A DNA stretch of 63,798 bases, the filler included, from Rhabdomonas costata (lineage: Eukaryota), in assembly GCA_019059605.1 (NCBI GenBank). It is 47 parts of 47 records of this genome, joined end to end, with 100 filler letters (N's around TTAATTAATTAA, not from the genome) between each part and the next. Parts side by side here need not be neighbours in the genome. Positions count along the whole stretch, not along the records: positions 10,887 to 12,146 come from JAHMHO010021571.1; positions 12,247 to 13,506 come from JAHMHO010021572.1; positions 13,607 to 14,866 come from JAHMHO010021573.1; positions 14,967 to 16,226 come from JAHMHO010021574.1; positions 16,327 to 17,586 come from JAHMHO010021575.1; positions 17,687 to 18,945 come from JAHMHO010021576.1; positions 19,046 to 20,305 come from JAHMHO010021577.1; positions 20,406 to 21,665 come from JAHMHO010021578.1; 39 more parts are not named here. The stretch is one strand, 5' to 3'. The notes beneath the pieces are model-generated. The model was not told the origin of the DNA. It saw only the letters and a program-made list of their open reading frames with translations, and did no database searches. Within the stretch, counting starts at the first letter, position 1. Every line of letters begins with the position of its first letter. Both the position numbers and the translations under genes were made by a program. Shown one piece after another: positions 11,900 through 25,217 of this stretch.

Positions 11900-12025
11900 A
11901 TGCCCGCTGTGATCTCCGGAGCACCTGCCAGCAGCAGCAGCAGCAGCACTCATGTGGGCCCCAGCCCTGCCGTAGGCCCGAGCAAGAAGCTGGCAGTGGG
12001 TCTGCCTCCCCCGCGGTTTGTGAAG
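11900..12025 (+). CDS. Probable first exon of an uncharacterised protein
   Basis: ATG follows a pyrimidine-rich tract; MPAVISGAPASSSSSS...PPPRFVK ends at AAG|GT. Confidence 0.3.
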
Positions 12026-12746
12026 GTCCGTTTGCCTCCCCGTGCTTTGAGGGCTGAGCGGTTTGGGGGAGTAACTGGTGGGTTGACCTATGCAGCCGCA
12101 GAATCCTGTTAACGGCAGATTTTGAACCCACATTGGAACCCAACAANNNNNNNNNNNNNNNNNNNNNNNNNNNNNNNNNNNNNNNNNNNNTTAATTAATT
12201 AANNNNNNNNNNNNNNNNNNNNNNNNNNNNNNNNNNNNNNNNNNNNGGTTTTTTGGGATCCCATATCCCCCCTTTATGGGATCCCAAAAAAGCCGGTTAC
12301 ACAAACTTGCATTGTATTTGGTGCGGAGGCCAGTCCGCACCGCGGCCGAAGCGGGGGGAGGGGGTGCGTCGGCGAGAAAGTGCCGGTCAGTGGACCTCGG
12401 TGACTTTGCCCCGGTAATGAACGGTTCCCAGGAGATCGCATTACAAAAGGGATTGAATTACTTGCGGTGCGGAGGCCAGCCTGCGGAGCGGCCGAAGCGA
12501 TGGGTGTGTAGGCTTCATTTCCCGCTGGACCCCTGATGCCCTGATGACGTGAACCAACTCTTTGGTTCTCCTCCGTGAACCGGGTGGTTCAGGGTCGGGG
12601 GGGGGGTCGAGTTTCAGCCCTTTCAATTTGTTTATAAACCCTTCCTCCATCATCATCGTTCATCTCTGCATTATGTCCAATGTCGCTGTAACCTTCCCAA
12701 CGTCCTATGTCGCATTCACTGTAATTGGGTTTTTGCATCCACTCAG

Positions 12747-12836
12747 AAAAATTCTGGCTGACTATCGGTGCTGTTGCGAAAGAAGAGGGAACTACAAGGA
12801 GGCCGAATTGGTACACCACGTCCTTCGTCAGCTGAG
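12747..12836 (+). CDS. Short exon of a probable coiled-coil protein
   Basis: CAG|...AG|GT exon translating KILADYRCCCERRGNYKEAELVHHVLRQLR. Confidence 0.5.
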
Positions 12837-13654
12837 GTTTCGCGAATTAATTGTGAATCTCGTGCACTTTACTCTTTTTTGTTTCGGTAGCCACTCGAAA
12901 CAAAGCCCTAAAAATTGATTTTCTAACGAGCTCTTTTGCTGTTGCATTGCCAGCTTTGCTTCGTCTCCCCCTTTCAGACCACACACAACTGCATGCATTG
13001 CTCGAACTCAACTACTGTGCTTGAAGGAAGCAGTGTGAGGGACTTGCATATTTCAGCAAAAGCAAAATGGTGGATAAGAAGTTCTCTTCGTTTGTTGTGT
13101 TCAGACTTGAAGAAGAAAACCGCCACGTAGCAGCGCTTACACAACAGCAAGAATCCGAGCGGCAAGGTTTTCTTTGTTATTCTTGTTGCTTAAAAATCTT
13201 AAAAAATTTAAGATACAGTTGAAGCTGCGAATCATTTTGGGTCAAATTCGACGGTTCAGTTTTGGAGTTCGTGAAACAGTGACCCCTGCCAACCGTAGTT
13301 TTGTCGTTTCATTACCAAACACCAAACACCGACAAACCAGCGACATGTCCCCTCCGCCAGACAGCCACCCCCCTCCGCGCGCAGCAAGATTGTTCTAAAT
13401 ACAAGAACAGGAGAAGAAAGGAAAAAGAAAAGAAAAAGAACGTATTCACTAAAAGGACGCATGGGGCCACCCGGATTTTTGTGATGTTCTCAAGCCACCA
13501 CAACACNNNNNNNNNNNNNNNNNNNNNNNNNNNNNNNNNNNNNNNNNNNNTTAATTAATTAANNNNNNNNNNNNNNNNNNNNNNNNNNNNNNNNNNNNNN
13601 NNNNNNTCTCTCTTTTTGAAAATTTGAATGGTCTTGGGGGGGGGGGGGGTGCAG

Positions 13655-13828
13655 GTCTGCGAGGGCCAGCTCAAGCCTACCAACCGCCACCGCGCCCTGA
13701 TGCAAGCCCTGGCCCGGGACGTGCTGCCGTCGTGGTGGGACCGCTTTGCATGCCTTCCCGGGACCTCCGTGGGGGCCTGGGTGCACGATTTGCTGCGCCG
13801 CGCGCAGTGCCTGCAGAAGATCAGCCAG
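13655..13828 (+). CDS. DYNC1H1: Cytoplasmic dynein-1 heavy chain, C-terminal domain exon
   Basis: VCEGQLKPTNRHRALMQALARDVLPSWW...SVGAWVHDLLRRAQCLQKISQ matches the cytoplasmic DHC pattern VCEG..K.TN..R.L...L.KG..P..W...W..D...R...LQ.IS. Clean AG/GT ends. Confidence 0.8.
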
Positions 13829-15920
13829 GTCGCCTTTTTCGCGATGGGTTTGGGTTTGGGCAACCGCTGTTTCTCTTCTGCCTTTCTGGGCTGCTACTGG
13901 ACGGTTGGTGCAGTGGTTTGAAGCCCTTGGTCCACTCTCTGTCTCTGTGGTTGGGCAGGATTCCCCAAGTTTTGGATCCCACTTGAATTGAAATTAAGGT
14001 CGTTTTCCGTTTTTTTTTATGGAATTTCTCTTCTGCGCTGACTTCTTTGGTTCAGTCTGCCAACTCTGCAGTGTGATCTTGCGGCAGTAATAATGCTCTG
14101 AGAATCGCATTCTGTTGATTTCCTTTTCTAATGAAAGCAAATTTGTTTACTTCACCTCGAACAATGCGCAGAAGGCTCTGTTCGTTGTGGTATGTCGTGC
14201 TGTACAGGCGGGAACCCGCCTGACCAAAACCGTTTATTACATACGGTGGCCATTGGGACACCAGTCGTTGTGTGTTCGGCGTTTAACCACTGAGAAAGTT
14301 ACATCAGTCAGAAGGAATGGTGGTGATGGTCTGTGTTGGTTTTGGGTCAGAGGGCTTTCTGAACCATTATCTTGTGCATACAAGTGCACAGTTTTTTTCA
14401 TGTATTTTTTTTTACCGAAATGGCGTGGCCCCTGAGCTTTTGTGTATGCCGAGCTAAGTTTTTATTGGTTTTTGCGGGGACAGGCTCATCCCAACACCTA
14501 CTCACAACTGCCGATCTCACTCGGCCTGCTGCTTTTCCCGGATGCCTTCATCACGGCGACTCGACAGGTGGCACCCCTCACCGTTTGCAGTGAGTGAAAA
14601 AACGATTGCACCCGCTCGACAATCAAAGGTAGCAGCTCCCAATGACAGAGACATGTCCCTTTCCAAACGGGTGGGACAGTTATGACTCAGACCTTTCTTT
14701 TGAATTGTTGGTCGATACCACCAGGAGATCGCTGTGTCTTGAACAACAGTCCAAGGGAAACGTTGGAAGCAGTGTCCAGCAAGTGTCCTTCGGTCTTGGA
14801 CAACCTTGAATGTGTGCTCACAATGCTCACAAGATGCCCAGAAAAAATCCCCAAAAAAAACAAAAANNNNNNNNNNNNNNNNNNNNNNNNNNNNNNNNNN
14901 NNNNNNNNNNTTAATTAATTAANNNNNNNNNNNNNNNNNNNNNNNNNNNNNNNNNNNNNNNNNNNNGGTAAAAATGGGCACGAGAGGGGGGTTGGGGAAT
15001 GGGAAGGAGTGATGTTATAGCGATATTGCACAGCAGCTTTGAAACTTGTGTGCGAGAGGCAGGGTTCAGTGGTTTTTTTCGAGCCTGCGCCTCTTGTATA
15101 TCAATATTTGCTTTGCACCGCACACACACTTTCTGTCTCGCCCCTGCCGTTTTTTTGGTGCTTTGGGTCCGCTGAAAGTTCCAAGATGAATTTTAATGAG
15201 CAGGTTATCTCGGGGAGTGTTTGTGTGGTGGGGGTGCGGTCACCACGTCAATAAAACCCCGTGGCGCTGGCTCTCACCTTTTTGAAACCATTCGATCTTT
15301 CACCAAAGCACAGCAACACATGAAGGGTCCCCTTTTTGTGTTAATCCTTTCCTCAATATTTCTATTCCGAAACATCTTGGAATTTAGCAGTTTCCTGCGT
15401 CGGTTACAGCTGACTTGGGTCCGTCCCGAAGAGTGATGGTCTGCCGTGATTGGGTTGAGAGATGCTTGTTGTTTTCGAATGCCAGCACAAATGGGTGGAT
15501 CCCCATAGGCCCCGGGTTGCCGGGACAGTGAAGCCGTTCGCTATGCTGCGGGGTTCTCTTTATTGTGCTCTGTGTTGTGGTGGCGAGATTGCTTCCGAAT
15601 GGATATTGGTGCTTCCGCGCGTGCTTTCCCTTCGATTAGTTTTGCTCTATAGACTATGCTTTACCTCGTGTACAACCTCGATTTCTATACTTGTTTTTGG
15701 CTGCACGTTAAACACACGTTGGGGAGGGTGTCCGTCAAGACCAGTGCGACTGAATTGGGAAGTGGAAAAGAGGTTAAGAGATTCGCAGTGAACACAAAAG
15801 CCGTTTTAAGGGCAAGCCCGTCTCACCTGCCCAATGAAATCCAGCCTCCAAAAACCACAAACTGCTTCTTTTTTTTTTGCTCAGTTCATCAAGTTTGGAA
15901 GACCTATCCTTTTTCCTCAG

Positions 15921-16154
15921 GTTATTGGGTTGATGAAGACCTGTCTGACGTTTGTGCTGGGGTTCCTGATGTTCCGCAACCCCGTGACCAGGCTGAACAT
16001 CCTCGGCATCTTGATTGCCACCGTGGGGTTCGCCATGTACACCTACCTCAAGCTGCCCAGTGGGCACCCGCCCAGCATTCCAGAAACGGTCAACACTCCT
16101 TCTGAGTCCGGGGTGTCTGAGGTGGTGTCTGAGGAGTCCAAGGATGACGAGTAA
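15921..16154 (+). CDS. Nucleotide-sugar/triose-phosphate translocator family (SLC35E-like), terminal exon
   Basis: Q|VIGLMKTCLTFVLGFLMFRNPVTRLNILGILIATVGFAMYTY is the typical final two TM helices, followed by an acidic tail and TAA. Confidence 0.85.
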   Translation, partial: VIGLMKTCLTFVLGFLMFRNPVTRLNILGILIATVGFAMYTYLKLPSGHPPSIPETVNTPSESGVSEVVSEESKDDE

Positions 16155-19100
16155 CCTAAAAATGTCATTTCGAGCTGCGCGTCTGCGTTCGCACACCAAC
16201 ACCCACACCCACACCCACCACCACCCNNNNNNNNNNNNNNNNNNNNNNNNNNNNNNNNNNNNNNNNNNNNTTAATTAATTAANNNNNNNNNNNNNNNNNN
16301 NNNNNNNNNNNNNNNNNNNNNNNNNNGGGGTGGGGGGGGGACGGAGAAGAGTTCCTCCAAGACGACGGCTTGTATCACCAACATACTGGTTACAAAGTCC
16401 ATCAGAGAGGCTCCTCGTCCACGGATGCAGCATCATCATCAAACAAGCGACCGCTGTCACTGTCACCTCCAGCCATAAGACCAGAAGAACAGCACATTCT
16501 TGAGCGCAAGTCACAGACCATAGCAATGTCAGCTAACCCAGTTCTTTCTGAGGTTCCACTGGCGTTCCGCCTTCCACCAGCATTTAAGAAGGGAGAAGAC
16601 GTAGAGGCTCTCCACAGCCGCCGCTCAAGACCAGAGGTCAGCGGCCCGTGTGGAGCCATCGCTATCACCGGAGCGTCAACAATTATCCACGTCGTCCCCC
16701 ACATGACCTGACGTTTTAGCTGATTCAGATCAAGCTGAGCTGCAACGTTGACAGCGAGACCGTACAGAGAGCCATGTGTGGGAGCATTCTGTGCAGCGCT
16801 CCCACGCACTAACGGACCCACTCAGTAATCAGCAATTGCATTCACCATTCCGGCAGCCTGTGAACGTGGGGGAGCAAGAAAAACTAGCAGTTTCAGTCAC
16901 CTTATCACATCCACAGCGTTATGTAGATTTAGATCAGCCGGAATTACTGGATTCTTCAACAGCACTTCCTTCCAGTCCGTCAGTTGCGGAAGACACCACA
17001 CTCAGGGACCAGAGAGCCGCTATCCAGCTCCATCTCGCCCCGCAAAGCTTTCCAGAAGGACATTTACCTCTAAGGTCTTGCCTGAAGAAATTGACGCCTC
17101 TCTCGAGACAGCTACATGGAGAACCACTAGTCAGCTTCCCAGACAGCCAGAGCCGTTATAGACCCTGTGTTCATTCAAGTGCAAAAATTGTGGAATCACT
17201 TCAACCCACATGAGTTGTACGCTCGACTTCAAGGCACAAACAATTGCATTTTGTTGGATAACCAGTGGATTGAAGACATTGATCAGCTGGACCCAAACTA
17301 CGCTGAGCTACGCCAAAAAGTCTAAGCAGAGTTTTGAACAATCCAGCAGGCAGCAAGTCACAGCGGGAAATTCCGCCTAAAGCACAGACACATTGCAATT
17401 GGGCCCCCGCCACGCTGGGAGGGAACGCAGCCAGATGCGCCCCCTTCCACACCACGCCCTTGGTCGGCGCCAAACCAACATCAACAGCAGGCCATGATTT
17501 CCATGGTCTCACACCAAATATCCAAATTTTGAGAAGATGTCCATGAGCTTCTACCTCACCACCACCAACCACCCACACCCACCACANNNNNNNNNNNNNN
17601 NNNNNNNNNNNNNNNNNNNNNNNNNNNNNNTTAATTAATTAANNNNNNNNNNNNNNNNNNNNNNNNNNNNNNNNNNNNNNNNNNNNGGGTGGGTGGCCAT
17701 CTCGCCACTTGCTGTCCAAAATGAGGAACCTCGGTTTTAACACGCTATTTGGGTGAGATAGATTTCTACCAGTACAAGTAATGCACTCGAGCCTTTCTCT
17801 TGGTGTTGGGACAGTTGAAGCTGATTGTGTTCCACTTTCGACCTGGTTTTGTGTGAGATGGTGATTCGTTTTCACGTCACGTTGTCACTGTGCTTGCCTA
17901 TTAATATTTTGTGTTCATGTACACTGGCTTCAATCGCCCCGTTTTCTAATGTGAGCTCTTGTTTTTGAAAATGCCTGATCAAACCACAACCCAGGTTTTA
18001 CGCATACCTTTTTCCAGAGAAGGCACCAAGATTTTTGTCGGTAGCGATCTGTAATTGCCTGCTAACAGCCCTACCCTACTCCAGGGAGGGGGTAGGTTTA
18101 CGACGGACGACTTTCCCACTATCGCCCCCTCATCGGACGTTCGCTTGGGGCTCTATGGTGGCCATCAGATAAACGCTAGGGCTAAACCTGTGTTTTCGGA
18201 AGACTCCGTGGATCCAGCATTTTTGGGTTCCTTCCGGCGCGGGGCCTGAAAACTACACCTGACTGATCAGTCACTTCACCGGGTCACATCTACGCGTGGG
18301 ATGGGGTGTCGCGCCCCGGCCTTCTTCCGGCCATCGAGGTTCCCATTCCCCCCACCAAAGCTGGTGTCATCGGGGTGCCCTTTGCCCCCGTCCCTGTGTG
18401 CCACGGCCATTCATGCGATTCATGCGCGATGTCGAACGTTTTGGACGGAATCAAGAAGCCCAAGCGAAACCAAACTGACAAGGGCCGTTCCCCAGGTCCC
18501 GACGGCCGCCGACGCGATTACCAGCAAGGTCCGACAAGGGAGCCGGACCACGATGCCCAAGTAGACCGAAGCCAAAGAACCCCGAGAAGGAGAAGAAAAG
18601 GCAGAAGACGAAGAACAAAAAGAACAACAACAAGAAGAAGCACCATGCAAAAGACGTCTACCCATCGGCCCATCAGCCGGACCCTGCTCCAGTAGGTCCC
18701 CTTCAACCAACAAACCGCTTCCCAGAGGGTTCCGGGCGACTCATTCCTGCGGCGGCGGGGGCGGCGATCACGAAGTTCTTTGGGAACGGTTTGTCGGTTG
18801 AAGGGGGCCTACTGGAGCAGGAATGAGTCGCCCGGAACCCTCTGGGGATCATGAACATCAGCCGCCCGCCCTGAGCGAGTACGACGCGACCAAGTGGAAA
18901 TGCCTGTAACAGGAGCTCAGTCAGTTCCAGGATTTCCACCCCCCCNNNNNNNNNNNNNNNNNNNNNNNNNNNNNNNNNNNNNNNNNNNNTTAATTAATTA
19001 ANNNNNNNNNNNNNNNNNNNNNNNNNNNNNNNNNNNNNNNNNNNNGTTTTTTTGGTGTGTGTGTGTGTGTGTGTGTATGTGTTTCTTCGCTATCGATGAT

Positions 19101-19166
19101 AACAGATCTTCCGTTTGATGCTGTCAATTCTGTACCAATTTTCACGTTCCTGGACTCTCTCCCCAG

Positions 19167-19568
19167 GCCGCTGCGGTGATCCTGTCGCACCCCGAGGCTC
19201 GGCTGTATCGGCCGCAGCTCCACCACCTGGTCAGCGAGCTCCCGCCGCTTCTGGTGGACCAGCAGTTCGACTGGCTGCTTGCCCAACGGGTGCTCATGGT
19301 GGACGCTGGAGGACAGGTGAGGATTCTCTGTCCCGTTCCCTCGCCTCTTGCGCTGCTGGGCATCATCATCGCAACCCAACGTATGCAGGAAATGCTGTGC
19401 ATTGCTAACCTTTGCTTTCTTTCGCAGCCGCTGGTGGGGCAGTGGCGTACCATGCCCCGGTACAAGTTCACCCTGGAGTGCTTCGGGAGTGTGCTGCTGT
19501 CGCTGTTGGCCCCGGACGCCGTGACGACGATGAACGCGCGCCTGGCGCAGTACGTCGTCGACCTTCAG
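19167..19568 (+). CDS. Uncharacterised protein, two internal exons (19167-19316, 19428-19568)
   Basis: High GC3. The 111-nt GTGAG...GCTAAC...CAG intron has a branch-point motif; there is a GTGAGT donor at 19569. Confidence 0.7.
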
Positions 19569-19649
19569 GTGAGTTTCCCCTACTTATTGGGATTCGCTGT
19601 GTACATGCTTGGCATTCCGGAAGGTGGAACCGCTGCTTTTGACATGCAC

Positions 19650-20150
19650 GCACGCACGCACAGGCACACGCACACACACACTCGCTCTCTCTCTCTCTCT
19701 CTCGGCAGTGATGTGCTGGCACGGCAACGCCTGTAGATACCGGTGCGTCCCATTCACTCATCCGAAAGAAAAGCTCCAAGGGTCGTTCCCACGAGAAAGG
19801 CCCCAGCCCCCCAAGGAAGGAGTGTGGAGTCAAAGACCTGAGCAGTAATGCAGCAATGCAGGCAGCCGCTGGAAAACAGCATCTGCGCAACAAAGGCCCG
19901 GGACCCGTGGGGCAGAAGAGAGGATGCCATATGTGAAACGTTCGGCTGTGAGCCGGTTCCGTTTCCCCCGGCACCGTTCGCTCCAAAGGCACCTCTCGCG
20001 AGCAAGCGTGGCCAACAGCCGCAGTGGTCACCAACAACCAAGCAACTAGGCCACCAGGCAACAACCAGCCCACAATGCGCCCAACACATGCACTCACACA
20101 CACACACGCCATTCGACACTGTTGGGCACTGCTCGTCTGCACTCCTCTTC
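19650..20150 (+). repeat. CCCH zinc-finger repeat family, copy C (intronic)
   Basis: Encodes CWHGNACRYRCVPFTHPKEKLQGSFPRE; colinear with the reverse complement of ~8313-8690; bounded by (CA)n and (CT)n tracts. Confidence 0.85.
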
Positions 20151-21366
20151 AGCGTCCTTTCGCGGCATCTCACGAGCGCCTTTCAGGAGTGTGCAGCTGC
20201 GACTTTCAGTTTGAAATTTGGCCTTTGCCATGTCAAAAGAGGCAAAGCAAATTAACACAACCACGCTCACCCTGGGTAAATTGAAGAATGATGAAACCAA
20301 CCCACNNNNNNNNNNNNNNNNNNNNNNNNNNNNNNNNNNNNNNNNNNNNTTAATTAATTAANNNNNNNNNNNNNNNNNNNNNNNNNNNNNNNNNNNNNNN
20401 NNNNNGTTTTTGCTTTTATCTTGCTTGTCACATCATTGCTCACTTCTTCTCAATCTCATCGTTACTTCTTTTCTGGAGGTCCTTGTGCTTTGCTTTGACG
20501 TGTTGGCATGTTTTTGCTTTTTGACGGATGCTTTTGGGTGGACTATGCAATAATGAGCTTTGCGACACCGCCCAATTCGGCCTGCGCCGGTTGTACTAAT
20601 GGATAGGTTTCGGTCCTGAACAGTATTTCTAGTATTTCTGGCACGGGGAGCAAGAAGATCCGACTGCTTCTTCACCTTAGCCGCTTCTGCAGCATCGCAA
20701 GCACAATGCAGCGGAAGAGCGATTTCGGTTTTCAAAAGCACCCCCCCCCCAAAAATTCCACTAAATCCCGAAAATTTTCCCAGTGTAGGAAGGAAGGAAG
20801 CACATTAAGTGGGCTATGACGTGAACCGGCAAAAGCTGCATATGAGGGGTGTTCAGGCGCCTTCTGGTTGGTGATTCTTTCTATCACAGCCTTTTTATTT
20901 TTGCGCTTTTTTTTGGCTGATTTTGCACCTCATTACACACCAAAAAAGTTAACAAGGAATGCCGCTGCTTCTCGCCACGCTGGTGGTTGCTGCCTTCTAT
21001 ACGGTGGCCGCGCAAAGTAGTATGCACATCCCCCTTTCCTGACCATTCTTGACTCCACATCCCCATATGTTTGCCCTGAAGTGTTAAGAGTTTCCGCTTG
21101 TTCACGCCATGGAGGTTTCTGCTGTTGGCTCGAAGAGTGCGCGCCTATGCTGTGCTTATTTCTGCTCCCTTTGGTTGAGTCTCAAAAACGCCCAGATGGA
21201 GTGGGTGGTGTTTTGGGACTCACCCCTTGCCCGAAGTTCCTATGCAACTCAACCAGAGTCCTCCAGCACGCGGCCAGACACGCTGGCACCAAATTAAGCA
21301 GTGGGCAGTGGGCAGCTTTTTCTTTCACGCTGACCACAGCCCAGTGCCCATCCCACACACCCTCAG

Positions 21367-21648
21367 ATTGCGACAGTATCACCTTCCAGGGCACGACCTA
21401 CCACCTGTCGGGGACTAAGTTCAATGGAAAACCTGTGTACCAGTCCGAGGTCGGGCTGTATCTCTTCTACAACGGCAAATTGGGCCACACCGGGTGGGCC
21501 TGCAACACCGCTTACGAGGACAGCTCTGAGTTGTTTGGCGAGAGCAACAGCACCGCGGCGAGCCGACCGTGGCGGGCCACGGGATGGAAGCAAGGCAGCC
21601 GCGGCCCCAATTCCGGGGAGCAGGTGTTGAACCCCGTCTGCGGCCCTG
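21367..21648 (+). CDS. Phase 1-1 exon encoding a probable extracellular beta-rich module
   Basis: CDSITFQGTTYHLSGTKFNGKPVYQSEVGLYLFYNG...W...PW..TGW, with AG/GT ends. Confidence 0.6.
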
Positions 21649-23238
21649 GTGCGCCCCCCAACCACNNNNNNNNNNNNNNNNNNNNNNNNNNNNNNNNNNN
21701 NNNNNNNNNTTAATTAATTAANNNNNNNNNNNNNNNNNNNNNNNNNNNNNNNNNNNNNNNNNNNNGGTTTTTGGAGCATTCCTGGCCTCATTAATGTAAT
21801 TGTACAATGGGTCACGAGACGCTCGGTGTTTTTTCAACTGGCGGCGAAATGGATGAGGGGCGATGCTCACCTGCGCGAGCCATTTCCTGCCTCTCCGAGC
21901 GGGCCTCCAACCACACTCCTGCCACAAGTCTCCGCAAAGCACCCACGGATGGCTCTTGAAGGGGTACCCCGAACGCACTGAGGACCCGGAGGAAGCTCTC
22001 GCGGGGCCCAAGTCCAGGCAGGCGATCCCAGAGGAGCTCAAGGTACCTGCCCGAAAAGAAGACCAGGTCTGCCCATCACGCGTTCGTCAGAAAACGAAGA
22101 AGCCACAACAACATGTACCTTGGGTTGTGGTGGGGCTACAGGTACTGTGGTACCTTTCAGAGCCAGCACAGACAAAATCCCTACTTCAGCATCCCCAATT
22201 CCAAACCAAACCAAACCTGCTCCTTTCGTCCGCCAAAAACCAAGCCCAAAACAGGAAAAACAAATAAGCCAGATTTTCGCCTCGCTTCGCATGCAACAAT
22301 TGCTACCAAAACCAAAATCTAGCGAATCTACGATGCACCGAACAACTTTCCCTCAAACCAGAGAATGCACCACTGTACCCCGCCTTTCCTCAAGGTACAT
22401 GGGTCCTTCCTTGGCCGATGAAAGATGCTGTCCGCGTATGTTTTGCGGCCTGTGCCATGTCAAAGTGAAAGGCGAAAAAACATCCAGACTCGCTCATACA
22501 TCTGAAAAACGTCGGCAAATTGAAGAAAACGGAAGCCACAATTTGACGCTTTGAACGTAAACGACTGTGCAGACTGTGCAACTGTGCAGTCAAGGTTTAC
22601 ACGGGAAGACATTCTCACTATCCCAAACCCCTCTGTATATCCAAAACCTGACTTTTTGATCCCACTTTTCTTATCTCTTTTCATCTCTTTTCTCATCTCT
22701 TTTGACGTGAACGGGAAATACCAAGCATGGTAGTGGTGTACAACACTGCCCTTTTGCATGCAGATCCGGGGTTTCAGTTGTTGACAAGCGTCCCTTATCT
22801 TTGGCCCTCCACAAATGGCGACTTTCATCTCAAAAAGAGAGAATTTTGCAAACAAACAGTTATAACTATGAGGAAATGCACATCAAAATGAACGGTTTCC
22901 TTCAATTGCCTTACAGCAACCAGAAAAAAGTATGCACTTCTCTGAAGCGCAGGTGTTTTTGTTTGGTTAACACGGCATCCAATTCGCCCATGCAAATTCG
23001 TCAAAGAATAGACCTACACACACCCNNNNNNNNNNNNNNNNNNNNNNNNNNNNNNNNNNNNNNNNNNNNTTAATTAATTAANNNNNNNNNNNNNNNNNNN
23101 NNNNNNNNNNNNNNNNNNNNNNNNNATATATAACGCTTCCTCCCCTTGAAACTCCGTGGGATAAATGTCCAAGTATTTCGTGTGCTTCTTCTTTTCTTGA
23201 TCATTCCTCTCCGTCCCCTCCCTTCCCCCTGGTGGCAG

Positions 23239-23574
23239 GACATTCCCACGGTGATTTTGGGGGAGCTTCCCTCTCGGGGGACCCTCTTCGTGGGCGACAC
23301 TGCGGTGACCGCGCTGATGCCCGCGATGCATCAGATCGCGGTGTGGGTCTCCGAGGTGCTGGAGTTCTCCACGCAGTACGAGGACCCCAGTGGCGCGTAC
23401 AGTGCTGCGCAGGTGGTGGGCCCGCAGACGATGTTCACGTACGGCGACGACGCGCGGTCGTGGTGCTCGTGGGATCTGAGCTACCAGTCCCGCGACCCGC
23501 AGTTTAGCTATACAGACTTCCTTGTGGTGAAGTTTCCGCAGAAGCTTTACCCGCAGCAGCTGATCCTGGTTGAG
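23239..23574 (+). CDS. Exon with FBXL4-N/pappalysin-like (galactose-binding-like) domain
   Basis: WVSEVLEFSTQY...YSAAQVVGP...YGDDARSW...FLVVKFPQKLY is the characteristic motif string. Confidence 0.65.
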
Positions 23575-25217
23575 GTAGCTTCCTTCCTTCGTTCCTGCAG
23601 TGAACGCGAACAAAGAGATCACGTGTCGTGAAGGCAGGGAAAATGAAAGCTCGGTCAAGTAGCTCGGAAGGGTGAAAGCTGGGAGCGCGGCAATGACCAC
23701 GAATTTGTGCGCAGGGGCAAAAAGAAAGGGCAAAGAAAGGGCTCCTGACCCTCTCTACCGTGAGGTGCGCGTTGGAATTTTCTGATTGATTTCCTTCTCA
23801 TGTGGCCGATTAGAATGGGATTTGGGTTTTTTAGGATGCGGGGGGAGGGGGTGCGTTTGGAAACGCCAAAACAGCGCATATACCGCCGTATATTCGTATT
23901 TGCGGCAACATCCCCATTCACTCGTACCTTGCTTTGCTGTGCGGTGTGTGCGCTTTTGGCTAGTCTCACATTATGAGAGCAATGGTCCGCCTTTCCCTTC
24001 CCCGTACACCCACTTCATCTGGAAGGTGAGATGTAAGAGCTCAAAAAAATCCGCACACAGCTGAAATCCACTAAAAAAAATTACCACCCCTTCTTCCTCC
24101 AGCTCCGAGAATGCCGAGAATGATTTGGAGTGCTACAATTTCTCAGGTGCTCTTGGTGTATTGACAGGAATTGCAACAAGTCAGGCCAGAAATGTCGGCC
24201 AGGCGTCTCCTGAGGTGTATTCGTCTGGGTGTTTTTAGAACGACGGGCCCAAATCTCTGGTGCGGGTGCGGGCCCGCAACTCCTTCCAAGATGAGCCCTC
24301 GTGGCTCACGCTTTGGATGGGCTCTGTGCTTCCCGCGGACCACGACGCCCCCGTGGCCCGAGCCCTGGACCTGTGCGCCCCCACANNNNNNNNNNNNNNN
24401 NNNNNNNNNNNNNNNNNNNNNNNNNNNNNTTAATTAATTAANNNNNNNNNNNNNNNNNNNNNNNNNNNNNNNNNNNNNNNNNNNNTGAAAAGGGAGGAAA
24501 TGTTTTAACCGAAAGTCACCGCATTCGTCTGCATTCGTGAAGGATCGGGTTTTCAGTGATTGGTCGAGCATTTGCACATTAGCTGAATGGCGAATTTCAG
24601 GGGGGGGGGAACTGTGTTAACAATGTATTTGTGTGGCGGGGGCAGGCCTTCGACATCGTCACCAGCCAAATTACGGGCACGCTTTCTTGTGAGCTGCCCC
24701 GCTCGGAGTATCTCACGGCCTTGCGCGACACGTTCAAGTACAAGACGGACGAGCGCTTCCTGCGGTATTGACCTCCGCAAAGATAGCATACAATCACCAA
24801 ACTAGGACTACGATTGTTCAAAATCATATGCCTGTGACTGCGCTGCTTCCTTCGCTGCTGATATACCTTGGCATGGACTTGAGTGAGTCAAGTACAAGAT
24901 GGGGAAAGACTTCGACCTCACACAAAGCCTGAAAATCGTCTCAATACCATCACAGTGCCCACCACATATCAAAAAATAAACAACGCCCACAAATCCATGC
25001 GTCAGCTGCTGGACGCGCAGGCGAGCTCACCCCTCCCACTCCTCCCCCCAGCGGACCTCCAGTTATCTTTTTCTTGAGGCATTCCTCTCCGAAAGATAGC
25101 TGAACGTTTGATCTCGTGCCTACATGCTGCTTTGCTTTCCTTGCACATCAACTTCCCTCAGATTGTGACCCATGGCAATTTATTCCTTTACCGTCCAGTG
25201 CTGGTGTTTATCTGCAG

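Noticed and set aside
18306-18945. Arg/Lys-rich ORF as a retroelement Gag/ORF1 start
   Set aside because: No zinc knuckle, protease or RT motif is visible, so it cannot be supported.
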